Shown here: positions 7,616-16,494 of the stretch, piece after piece | How positions within the stretch are numbered: position 1 is the first letter of the stretch | Layout: the number at the start of each line of letters is the position of its first letter | Source: Bacilli bacterium | Lineage (GTDB): Bacteria > Bacillota_I > Bacilli_A > RFN20 > CAG-826 | Direction of reading: 5' to 3' | Length of the DNA: 64,000 nt | NCBI GenBank assembly: GCA_045130875.1 | Contig: JBGUQI010000011.1 | Location: 73,828 to 137,827 of the forward strand | Made by a program: the position numbers and the translations under genes | Notes under the pieces: generated by a model | Database searches by the model: none | Told to the model about the DNA's origin: nothing | The model's input: only the letters and a program-made list of their open reading frames with translations

Positions 7616-8917
7616 ATGGTACCAACAATCATTATCTCTTCACTGACATTTATACTAGTAATCCTCTCCATTCTTCTGTTCCCCCACATTAGAATTGGAA
7701 AGATTAAATTAGACACATATTGGATGATTGCTTTAACAGGAGCGGTTATCCTTTTGGCCTTTTCTTTTGCCCCAATAAAAGAAGTGGGAAATCAACTGAT
7801 TGGCAATACCGCGATCAATCCTTTGAAGATATTAATTCTCTTCTTCTCGATGACGATGATATCGATTGTATTAGATGAATTAGGATTATTTAGATATCTA
7901 GCGAGTTTGGCTAGTAAAAACGCAAAAGGAAATCAATACATTTTATTCCTTATATTATATTTATTAACATCAATATTAACGATTTTTACATCGAATGATG
8001 TAGTCATTCTAACTCTTACACCTTTTATATGTTTTTTTGCTAAGAGAAGTCGTATAAATCCAATACCATATTTAGTAGCAGAATTCGTCGCTGCAAATAC
8101 ATGGAGTTTGATGTTTATGATTGGAAATCCCACAAATATCTATTTAGCGACATCAAGCGGAATCACTTTTATTGATTATTTTAAGGTTATGGTGGTACCC
8201 ACAATTACCGCTGGTCTTGTGGAATTAGGGCTATTATTTTTAATCTTTTTCAAACAATTAAGACAACCACTTTTAAGTAATGAAGTTGTCTATCAGATTG
8301 AAGATAAAGTTCCTGTTATTGTTGGTCTTATTGATCTGTTCATCTGTTTAGTGTTCTTAGTTATATCCAGTTATCTACATTTAGAGATGTGGTTAATCTC
8401 TGCAATATGCGCAGGAACATTACTCATCTTTATGCTCATTTATTCCATATTCAAAAAGACCAATATTGTCCATGTTGGAGAGACAATGAAGAGATTGCCT
8501 TATCAACTCATTCCATTCTTTATCTCTATGTTTGTCATTGTGGTGGCCTTAAATGAACAAGGTATTACCCAGTCTTTAGCCAAATTCTTAGGCGATAAAA
8601 ACACCATATGGGTTTATGGCTATGCATCATTCTTATCAAGTAACTTAATTAATAATATTCCAATGAGTATTTTATTTACTAATCTAACCGCTTCCTTAAG
8701 TGAAACGGCATTCCTTAGAGGCGTTTACGCCTCTATCATAGGCAGTAACATAGGCGCGTTTCTAACACCTATAGGCGCGCTAGCGGGAATAATGTTCTCC
8801 GGACTAGTAAATGATAATGATGTGAGATTTACATTTCTCGACTTTATAAAATACGGGGCGATTATCTCGATCCCCGTAATTACAGTTGCATTAGTGATGA
8901 CTCAGTTATTTATTTAA
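7616..8917 (+). CDS. ArsB/NhaD-superfamily (CitMHS/YbiR-like) anion permease
   Basis: 433 aa, roughly 10-12 TM segments. Duplicated hairpin motifs MFMIGNPTNIY and IIGSNIGAFLTPIGALAG are typical of this superfamily. Substrate unknown. Confidence 0.65.
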   Translation: MVPTIIISSLTFILVILSILLFPHIRIGKIKLDTYWMIALTGAVILLAFSFAPIKEVGNQLIGNTAINPLKILILFFSMTMISIVLDELGLFRYLASLASKNAKGNQYILFLILYLLTSILTIFTSNDVVILTLTPFICFFAKRSRINPIPYLVAEFVAANTWSLMFMIGNPTNIYLATSSGITFIDYFKVMVVPTITAGLVELGLLFLIFFKQLRQPLLSNEVVYQIEDKVPVIVGLIDLFICLVFLVISSYLHLEMWLISAICAGTLLIFMLIYSIFKKTNIVHVGETMKRLPYQLIPFFISMFVIVVALNEQGITQSLAKFLGDKNTIWVYGYASFLSSNLINNIPMSILFTNLTASLSETAFLRGVYASIIGSNIGAFLTPIGALAGIMFSGLVNDNDVRFTFLDFIKYGAIISIPVITVALVMTQLFI

Positions 8918-9962
8918 CAAGTAATTGCTTTTTAATCGCATTAATATCTTCTTTGGTTATACCAATATAGTCTATTAACCATCTCTCAGTGCATTTAGCG
9001 AGAGAATCTTTTGGATCTTCTTGACCTGCTAAAACGATATATCCAAGTGTCTGCTCAGCATAAGCCATCATGCTATAGACCATGGTTGTGGTTGGAAAAG
9101 CTGCATTAGATAAGAATGATAATTCATATTCTTTTAGAATAGTGTCTGAATCAACGCCCAAAAGAGCTTCTAAAATCATCGCTAAGGTGCCAGTTCTATC
9201 TCTTCCTATTGCGCAGTGGAAATATATTGGATAATTGTCAGGATTAGTAAATATCATAATCTCTTTTTTAATGGCTTCTTCACCCATTTCGTAGAGGATA
9301 CTCATCCGTCCACTCGCATAATATGCTCCAGAAATATTAACATAGTTAATACCTAATGGTGATTCAGTTCCTGCGGTGCCTTCTCCGGGTGCTCGTAAAT
9401 CCAAATCGGTTTTAATATAAAGGTCTTTTAACATAGTATTTTTACCAGCGGTAGAAATACTGTCTAGATTAGCGCCTCTATATACTTTGCCTTGAGCAAT
9501 TCTTTTGCCATCCTTAGTTCTATAACCGCCTATATCTCTAGTGTTAGAAACATTTCCCACTTTAATAGTTCTTGGGTATTCCGAAGTATGAATCTTCTCA
9601 ACTTTACCTTTGGTAACTTTGTCGCCATTAACTTCATCTATACGAACATAATAACCTGTTCCCATATATAGATTTTCAATATCCACATAGTCATTGTTAG
9701 TTTTAATTGTAGTGGCATTTTTCATGCTGCTAGATGTTGAAATGTTAATCTCTCTATTAGAGGCATCATCAAAATCATAATGAAGAGGAACGGGATAATA
9801 TTGTTCTTGATCTGGAATTCTTAAATCCTGGGTAATTGCGGATTCATATTCATCCCAAAACTTCATCACAGTTTCATTCGCTAAAGAAACTTCTCTACCC
9901 GACGATGAACAAGAGATAAGCAAGCTAATAAGAGAAAAGAAATATAAATACCTATGTTTCAT
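8910..9962 (-). CDS. Exported PTP-like (Cys-X5-Arg) phosphatase lipoprotein with N-terminal beta-sandwich domain
   Basis: P-loop HCAIGRDRTGT and the Y_phosphatase3-like block NTRDIGGY...GKVYRGANLD. The lipobox LLIS|CSS follows MKHRYLYFF (ATG 9962); the ORF track extends to 10004. Paralog of 61044..62222. Confidence 0.7.
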   Translation of the reverse strand: MKHRYLYFFSLISLLISCSSSGREVSLANETVMKFWDEYESAITQDLRIPDQEQYYPVPLHYDFDDASNREINISTSSSMKNATTIKTNNDYVDIENLYMGTGYYVRIDEVNGDKVTKGKVEKIHTSEYPRTIKVGNVSNTRDIGGYRTKDGKRIAQGKVYRGANLDSISTAGKNTMLKDLYIKTDLDLRAPGEGTAGTESPLGINYVNISGAYYASGRMSILYEMGEEAIKKEIMIFTNPDNYPIYFHCAIGRDRTGTLAMILEALLGVDSDTILKEYELSFLSNAAFPTTTMVYSMMAYAEQTLGYIVLAGQEDPKDSLAKCTERWLIDYIGITKEDINAIKKQLLVK

Positions 9963-10028
9963 ATATTTATTATATAAAAAATGGATTGGAGAATCCCAAC
10001 CCATTTATAAATAAATGCTTAGAAAGAA

Positions 10029-10601
10029 TTATCTGAAAGAATAGACGTAATTCTCATTCATCCAAGTGTCAACGCCAGACATATAAGTCTTGGCGACATA
10101 GGATTTCATAAGTCCTTCATCGGTGAAAGTGACTAAGAATTCTTCACCTTCTTCAACTTCTTCTTCTTTGACTTTGATAGTGAATTCTTCACCTTTATTC
10201 ACACTTGTGAAATCAAACACCTCATCAACATCTTTATCCTTAGAATCGGCGATGGATTTGATGTCCATGGCGAAATAGTATGCTTCAAGGAATTTGGGAA
10301 CTTCTACGGTAATGCTAATGGGTTCACCATTTAATCCTTCAATTTCAGTGGTAACTGAACGTACCCAAGTATGTGTTTCTGGAGCATGAGTGTATTCATA
10401 TTTCTTTTCTGGAGTAGCGGTTTTATCAGTTTCGATAGCTTTGGTATATCTATCTCCAGCATCAGAATCTCTAAATTCATCTAAGAATTCATCATAAGTC
10501 ATGTCTTTATCTTTGCTGCTTAAAGCTTCTTTGAGGAAATCACATCCTGTTAAAGATAAAGCGCCAAAAGCGGCTAAGCATAATAATGCGAGTTTTTTCA
10601 T
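10029..10601 (-). CDS. Acidic lipoprotein, unknown function
   Basis: 190 aa with lipobox LSLTG|CD, Asp/Glu/Lys-rich. RBS AAGGAGAG upstream. Confidence 0.6.
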   Translation of the reverse strand: MKKLALLCLAAFGALSLTGCDFLKEALSSKDKDMTYDEFLDEFRDSDAGDRYTKAIETDKTATPEKKYEYTHAPETHTWVRSVTTEIEGLNGEPISITVEVPKFLEAYYFAMDIKSIADSKDKDVDEVFDFTSVNKGEEFTIKVKEEEVEEGEEFLVTFTDEGLMKSYVAKTYMSGVDTWMNENYVYSFR

Positions 10602-10701
10602 AATCGTGTCTCTCCTTATTTATCTTAATATAACATTATTTCAATTTTTGTTATATTATCAACCATTGAATAAATATCAAAATATTGAAAACAATATTTG
10701 T

Positions 10702-11226
10702 TTATAAATTAATCCAATATCTTTGTTCTATATTTCCGTCCTCATCAACAATTTCATTTTCTAAAATCCCTCCATTATTGATAATGGATTTTCTTGAACC
10801 AATATTATCTTTATCACAAACCATCAGAACTTTATCAATGCCTAACTTCTTACATTCTATTAAAGCTAGTCTAATCATCTCAGTGGCGTAGCCTTTTCTT
10901 CTTTCGCTAGGTCTAATGCCATCTCCAATATGTCCTCCATGAAGCAATAAGCCCTCATTGAGGTAATGGCGGATATTAACTGCTCCTAAAAGTCTGTTTC
11001 TTTCTTCATCGAGTAAGAAGAATGTAGAATCTGGAACTTTACCATCGGTAGGTTCTTTAATATCTAAGTTCGCAAGATAGTAATCAAAGTCATGGTAATC
11101 ATTCTTAAAAATAGCCCAGGGAGAATGATTTGTGTGATTGATTTCTTGGTCGTATTTCCACTCATCAATCATCTCACCTAATTGCTTCTCATATTCTTTA
11201 GTTAATTTGATCAGTTTTAGCGCCAT
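10702..11226 (-). CDS. GNAT-family acetyltransferase
   Basis: 174 aa with acetyl-CoA motif RRKGYATEMIRLALIECKKLG. Confidence 0.75.
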   Translation of the reverse strand: MALKLIKLTKEYEKQLGEMIDEWKYDQEINHTNHSPWAIFKNDYHDFDYYLANLDIKEPTDGKVPDSTFFLLDEERNRLLGAVNIRHYLNEGLLLHGGHIGDGIRPSERRKGYATEMIRLALIECKKLGIDKVLMVCDKDNIGSRKSIINNGGILENEIVDEDGNIEQRYWINL

Positions 11227-11280
11227 ATGCTTAAAATATCCACAAAATATGGGTGTTTTACAAGAATTTTTTTATTATTG

Positions 11281-12222
11281 TTATTCGTTTGTCTCAGGAG
11301 TTTCCGCTTCTACTGGTTCTAAGAATTGTTCAAAATATTGAGCAAATAAATGGCCTAATTGAACTTCAGAATCAGAGTCATAGTGTGCGGTATCAGGACT
11401 GCCATAAGGTTCTTGATCGGTATGTAATCCCGCTTGAATGGTGTTGAAGTAGAAATTATATTCGCTCTCTTCCGCGAAAGCCTTTTTAGCTTTATTGACT
11501 TCAGAGAAATATTGCCACAATTCAGAACCACTGATACCAGCATCAATAAATGGTAATGTTTTACCTGCTGTGTATTTGCCTAAATCTTCTCTTAAATGAG
11601 AAACAAATGTTTCTAGGTTCTGTTTATAGTATTGATAATAACCCTGATAAGAATCACCTTCACCCTGCATCCAACAGAAGGCTTTAAGAACAGGTCTATA
11701 GCCTTGTTTGGTTAAGGCTTCCATCTGCTTAGCAACATAGTCCATCATCTTTGGATACATTGGGGAATCTCTATCTAGCCAGTCATCTTTTAAATTAGAA
11801 CCACCACAAGCGAATTTGATGAGGAATAATTTATCACCATATTTTTCATGTAATGCGTCCGCAATGCCAATTTCCGGCCCGAAAGAATGTGAGCCATTAC
11901 CTTGACCCAGTTTTACTGGAACGAAGCCATTTGAGGCGTTTTGCGAGAAGAAAGTAATTCCGGAAGCGGGCCAATCTTTTGTCCAGCAATCATGAGCAAT
12001 CTTAATAGTATTAAACCCATCAAAGAACTCATTGTATTTCTCTGGCATCGTGTCTCTAAGATAAATAGAGTTTGTACAGCCCACACCATTAGATTGTCCA
12101 GATATCAAAACAACATCCACTGGACCTCTATCTGGAACTGGTTCAGATGGACCTTCTTGTTTCTTGGATGTGCAAGAAAACACCAAAGGGGATAATAACA
12201 TCAAATATAATAACTTTTTCAT
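11281..12222 (-). CDS. SASA/DUF303-type carbohydrate O-acetylesterase lipoprotein
   Basis: Lipobox LVFS|CTS. Motifs VVLISGQSNGVGC (GQSN nucleophile block) and WMQGEGD are typical of sialate-O-acetylesterase-like (PF03629-type) esterases. Confidence 0.75.
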   Translation of the reverse strand: MKKLLYLMLLSPLVFSCTSKKQEGPSEPVPDRGPVDVVLISGQSNGVGCTNSIYLRDTMPEKYNEFFDGFNTIKIAHDCWTKDWPASGITFFSQNASNGFVPVKLGQGNGSHSFGPEIGIADALHEKYGDKLFLIKFACGGSNLKDDWLDRDSPMYPKMMDYVAKQMEALTKQGYRPVLKAFCWMQGEGDSYQGYYQYYKQNLETFVSHLREDLGKYTAGKTLPFIDAGISGSELWQYFSEVNKAKKAFAEESEYNFYFNTIQAGLHTDQEPYGSPDTAHYDSDSEVQLGHLFAQYFEQFLEPVEAETPETNE

Positions 12223-12269
12223 GCTTTTATTTTATAAAACTTAAAAATAATTTACGATAACAAATTAGT

Positions 12270-12307
12270 AAACAAACAAAAAGGCTTCCACCAAAAAGAT
12301 GGAAACC
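12270..12307 (-). terminator. Intrinsic terminator ending the upstream long operon
   Basis: Minus strand reads GGTTTCCA-TCTTTTTGG-TGGAAGCC (8 bp, one G-U) followed by TTTTTGTTTGTTT. Confidence 0.6.
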
Positions 12308-12382
12308 ATACTAAAATGTTTTTCGTTTTTAAATCACACAACTGTTTGTGTTTTTAAAAAATGAGATGCACCAAGTAGTTAA

Positions 12383-14014
12383 TTATTTGGCAAATCTTTT
12401 CTTTTTTAATAAAGCAAAGGCCATTAATGTTAAAGCGGCAACGCTAATCAAAGTAGCACACATGATAATCGCTATATTCTTATTTTCTTTTATGCTGACT
12501 ACTTGATTTGTGGAAATTGCTGTGCTTGTTAACACGCTGTCATTGGCTTGAGCCCAAGCATATAAACGATTGTAATAAGTGGCATAATTTGAACCAGCAA
12601 ACACATCTCTTTGTGCTTGTGTTAATGCATTATAAGCAGCTTTCGCGTTGGCAAACCAATTTTCACTTGTACATTTACCTGTGCCAGCATCATCAACGGC
12701 AACTTCTTCATGCAAATATGTTCTAACGAAATGTTCAACTGCATAAATATCGGAAGCTGAATTGTTTACACGAATATCAAATGTGGCACCTTGAGTTCTG
12801 GATTCATAACCGCCAAAGGATATTTGGGCTTTATTTCCATACCAAGAGAATAAATCTCCGCCTTTATTTAACTGGCAAGCCCATGTTCCGTTAAGGAAAA
12901 TGTCTGTTGTTGTTGCACCGATCACAAATTTCACAGTTAATCCAGAATTAGTGTTAAATAAAGCACTATCATAATAATTGCTGGTGGCGGGATCGCCGGC
13001 TGTTGAATTAAGAGGAACAACTCTTTCCCAACTTCCGTAATTTTGAATACCGATACCAACAAATGCTGGCCAATAGTAAACATTGGAATATGGAATGGTT
13101 AAACTATTGTTTAAAATCACATAGAATGATCCAGTAACGGAACATTGGACATTCACTTCAATCTCTTGAGTGGTATCAACTAAATCGTCATATACAACAC
13201 CTTGATATAAAGCACCGCCGTACCAGCCAACCGCTTCTTGATCAACCATTCTAACTCCACCATTAGGTAATGATGATAATGTTTTGCCTGTTCCATCAAC
13301 TCTAACATTAGCAACTCTACTAACCTTCTCAACGGCAATTGTGTAAGAGGTAGTAGACATTCTTGTACCTTGCGGCCCAATAGATAAAGAAGCTTTGTAA
13401 TTTGACCAATAATCAAATACGTTTCTTGTTGTAATGCCATCAGTAGTAAAGGAAACTGAATCATTGACTCTCACAATTGTGCCATTTGGTTTAATGTCAA
13501 AAGTGAGTTTAATAGCACCTTCATTAAAATGGGCACTGACTGGGTCGCCAGCAATTGTGGCGCCAACAGAATTGGCGGCGGATATTTGAACGGCTCCACC
13601 ATAATCTGATTCCCAATTAAATTTGCCCCAGTAGTCCAATTTGATAATCAACGCACCGACTGACCAATTGTAAGAATCCCATGGTGCTTGAAGATTGTTG
13701 CTGACTGTAAGATAAAGTGATCCATTTGAAGTCAACTCTGTAGTATTAATTGTTACTTCATATACATAGTCACGCAAATCCAATTGTTCACTATAAAGTG
13801 CGCCAGTGTAGCATATATCTTGCCATCCTGAATCAACTGTGTCAGCAAAAGTAACTTGATTGGTGTTCGCAACATCGCTTACCACCACCTCAGAATTTAA
13901 TGAGGTCCATTTGTCGCTTGCGGCGTATGCGCCTTGGTTAATTTCGGTGCCTTTAATACCTATAGCTAACGCCATGCCAGCAATAACCGATAATAGTAAA
14001 AAGTTCTTTTTCAT
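12383..14014 (-). CDS. Tail-anchored surface protein with two lectin-like (ConA/LamG-type) beta-sandwich repeats
   Basis: 543 aa with an N-terminal signal peptide and two about 200-aa internal repeats (GW..GALY...E..(I/V)N...GS.Y). A helical Cys-containing module (KCTSENWFANAKAAYNALTQAQRDVF...LYAWAQAN) precedes a C-terminal TM helix and KKKRFAK tail. Confidence 0.6.
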   Translation of the reverse strand: MKKNFLLLSVIAGMALAIGIKGTEINQGAYAASDKWTSLNSEVVVSDVANTNQVTFADTVDSGWQDICYTGALYSEQLDLRDYVYEVTINTTELTSNGSLYLTVSNNLQAPWDSYNWSVGALIIKLDYWGKFNWESDYGGAVQISAANSVGATIAGDPVSAHFNEGAIKLTFDIKPNGTIVRVNDSVSFTTDGITTRNVFDYWSNYKASLSIGPQGTRMSTTSYTIAVEKVSRVANVRVDGTGKTLSSLPNGGVRMVDQEAVGWYGGALYQGVVYDDLVDTTQEIEVNVQCSVTGSFYVILNNSLTIPYSNVYYWPAFVGIGIQNYGSWERVVPLNSTAGDPATSNYYDSALFNTNSGLTVKFVIGATTTDIFLNGTWACQLNKGGDLFSWYGNKAQISFGGYESRTQGATFDIRVNNSASDIYAVEHFVRTYLHEEVAVDDAGTGKCTSENWFANAKAAYNALTQAQRDVFAGSNYATYYNRLYAWAQANDSVLTSTAISTNQVVSIKENKNIAIIMCATLISVAALTLMAFALLKKKRFAK

Positions 14015-14031
14015 ACTATTTCTCCTTTCTT

Positions 14032-16494
14032 TTATTTATATTTCTCAACACAATACCCACTATCTAGCATTGTCTTGAGTAATATCTGAGCATAAGAACG
14101 TATAATGAAATCGTTGGAGTGATTAACATTATTACCCGTTACATCCCTTGATAATTTACCAGTGCCTAAAATCCAGTTAGTAAAGGCCTGAACATCCGCA
14201 ATAGCAATTTGATTAACATAAGAACTGACATTCATAACATCTTCACTCCAAGCAGGAATGTTTCTAATGTTATGAGTCCATGCATCAACAGCTTGTTGAT
14301 TGGATAATTCTGGGGTTTGAATAATCAAATTAGCGCTCGGATTATCATCAAAGAATTTATTTATAAGACTATTAAGCATTTCTTTATATTCGTCTTCTGA
14401 TGTCATCGTGTCGTTGCCACCAATACGAAGAATCATTAAATCAATATGTTTACCTTTAATTCTTTCGTTGTAAGCATTTAAACATTCAGAAATCTTCCAA
14501 CCACCAACGGCTTGATTCTCAATATTGATTTGGCTGGTATATTTCTTTTCTAAATATAATTTAGAAAGATTATAAGCATCTGGCATATGGGGATTAATTA
14601 AGCCACCTTGTTCGGTTCCGCTAGCGTTGCAACCAGTAGCGACGGAATCACCATAAACCATCCAATCAATGTTTTCGCCATTACGAAGTTTAGATAATAC
14701 TCTTTCAAGTTTATTTTGTTGGGCTTCCGGAACCTTTCCCGTATAGACATCATCATGACGATAAGTGACTGCGATTTGTTTATCAGTAAATGTGGCAAAT
14801 TCACCATATTTCAAATACTTTTGATGATCAAATGGGATATCGGTCTTGCTCATATCCGCTTCAACGGCAACACCATAACTCTTATCTTGAATCTCATCTT
14901 CATCAATAAAATATTCATCGTATTCCCAATAAGGAATCTCGCTTCCTTTTAATCGTTTAATAATACGACCATTAACAACATAATCTCTGCCTTCAACATA
15001 GGTTTTCTGCAAACGATAATCGGTGATGGATTTAATTTCGGTCGGCTCAAACATCAATGTGCTTTCACCTTCTTCGCCCACAAACATACAAGTTTCGTTG
15101 TATATTTCACGAGTGAACCAATATGGTTTAAGATAAGCATCTAATAAGTTATCATCAAAATCATTAAATGATTTCCATTCTTCTTGATCGGCTGGCAGTA
15201 ATACTTTGCGCACTATCACAGGAATGCCGTTGTTGATATCAAATAATGGAGTTGATTGACGATATGTTTTGTCATCAATCTGACTTGCAATGTTGACATA
15301 GACAATTTTGGCATTGCTAGGAACAGTAACTTCAAATCTTCCGTTGACTTTATCAATTTTTGTTGAAACATCAACTTGTTCAAAATCGGAATTGATAACG
15401 GAACCATTAATAGCGTCATTTGAATATTCCAAAATATCGTTCTTGGCATAAATCTCAATAAATGAGTTGGAAACATTCTCAGGAATCATAAACTTTCCTT
15501 TAATAATTCCTTCTTCCAAAACGATGTCACGAAGATATGGTAAAGTTGTTTTGTTTTCAGTCATGGAATCCGCAAATTCATACACTTCATTGATTTTCCA
15601 AGCGGTATCATGACCATGTGTGTGTTCTGCGATAAATACGAGGTCAGCTCCTAAAATTGTGGCTGATTTGCTAGTGATATTTGAAGAAAAGTGTGGATCA
15701 TGATCGGAATTTGCATACATGATTTTAGCCTTATAGTATTTAAAATAAAGGCTTGGGTCATATAAGGAATACATCGCATCAGGCCTGTCGCTAGAAGCAA
15801 AGGCAGAACGAGAATCATATAAGAAACCTGAACCATAAATAGGCACACCGAAGGAATATCTATCGTCGCATCCTAAAGCAATAGAGCAAATCACAGAACC
15901 CCATGAAATACCCACAATCCCTATTTTGGTGTTATCGACATGTTCGTCATTCGCCAATATTGTGGTAGCTCTTATAACTGTGGAAACAGCTTGGAACATC
16001 CATTGATCTTGAATGTCAATTCTTGGATTCATCATATAATCGGTATAAGGTCCACCTAAACCATCTCTAGAGTTGTCTGGGCGTTTACCTTCGGTATCCA
16101 TCGCAATAGCGACATATCCTCTTTCGTTCCATATTCTTACCCATTCGGCAAAAGCGGTTCCTCCACCACCATGAACCAAAACAACGGCCGGGTGTTTTCC
16201 TTCCGTAGATGGATAACCAATATAGGCAAAAACTTTAGTGGGTTCGTTTTTATAAGTCGCACCATCGTATTCAATAGCTTTTACGCCTTCTTCATCATAT
16301 GATGCATTAAAGGAGTAGGTGACTTCCGCTTTAGTTTCTTCCACTAATTTCGGTCTAACTTTGTCACTATTATCAACTATTTCAATATAGTCATTAACAT
16401 CCACGTCTGGCTCCTCCTTCTTTTGGGTCGGTTTACATCCAGGAAGAAGCAAACAAAAGAATGTAGTTAATATTAAATATTTAAGTTTTTTCAT
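14032..16494 (-). CDS. Bifunctional carbohydrate esterase lipoprotein: alpha/beta-hydrolase + beta-sandwich + SGNH/GDSL hydrolase
   Basis: 820 aa with lipobox LLLPG|CK. The N-terminal half has VVLVHGGGGTAFAEW and nucleophile elbow GISWGS. The C-terminal half has SGNH blocks VYGDSVATG, AVGGW and LRIGGNDT. The halves are paralogous to the separate genes 41374..42651 and 49504..50766. Confidence 0.75.
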   Translation of the reverse strand: MKKLKYLILTTFFCLLLPGCKPTQKKEEPDVDVNDYIEIVDNSDKVRPKLVEETKAEVTYSFNASYDEEGVKAIEYDGATYKNEPTKVFAYIGYPSTEGKHPAVVLVHGGGGTAFAEWVRIWNERGYVAIAMDTEGKRPDNSRDGLGGPYTDYMMNPRIDIQDQWMFQAVSTVIRATTILANDEHVDNTKIGIVGISWGSVICSIALGCDDRYSFGVPIYGSGFLYDSRSAFASSDRPDAMYSLYDPSLYFKYYKAKIMYANSDHDPHFSSNITSKSATILGADLVFIAEHTHGHDTAWKINEVYEFADSMTENKTTLPYLRDIVLEEGIIKGKFMIPENVSNSFIEIYAKNDILEYSNDAINGSVINSDFEQVDVSTKIDKVNGRFEVTVPSNAKIVYVNIASQIDDKTYRQSTPLFDINNGIPVIVRKVLLPADQEEWKSFNDFDDNLLDAYLKPYWFTREIYNETCMFVGEEGESTLMFEPTEIKSITDYRLQKTYVEGRDYVVNGRIIKRLKGSEIPYWEYDEYFIDEDEIQDKSYGVAVEADMSKTDIPFDHQKYLKYGEFATFTDKQIAVTYRHDDVYTGKVPEAQQNKLERVLSKLRNGENIDWMVYGDSVATGCNASGTEQGGLINPHMPDAYNLSKLYLEKKYTSQINIENQAVGGWKISECLNAYNERIKGKHIDLMILRIGGNDTMTSEDEYKEMLNSLINKFFDDNPSANLIIQTPELSNQQAVDAWTHNIRNIPAWSEDVMNVSSYVNQIAIADVQAFTNWILGTGKLSRDVTGNNVNHSNDFIIRSYAQILLKTMLDSGYCVEKYK

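Noticed and set aside
9960-9975. TATAAT located 6 nt upstream of ATG 9962, suggesting a leaderless mRNA for the PTP-like lipoprotein
   Set aside because: TATAAT-like hexamers are abundant by chance here, and an alternative upstream ATG (10004) exists. This cannot be decided without 5'-end mapping.
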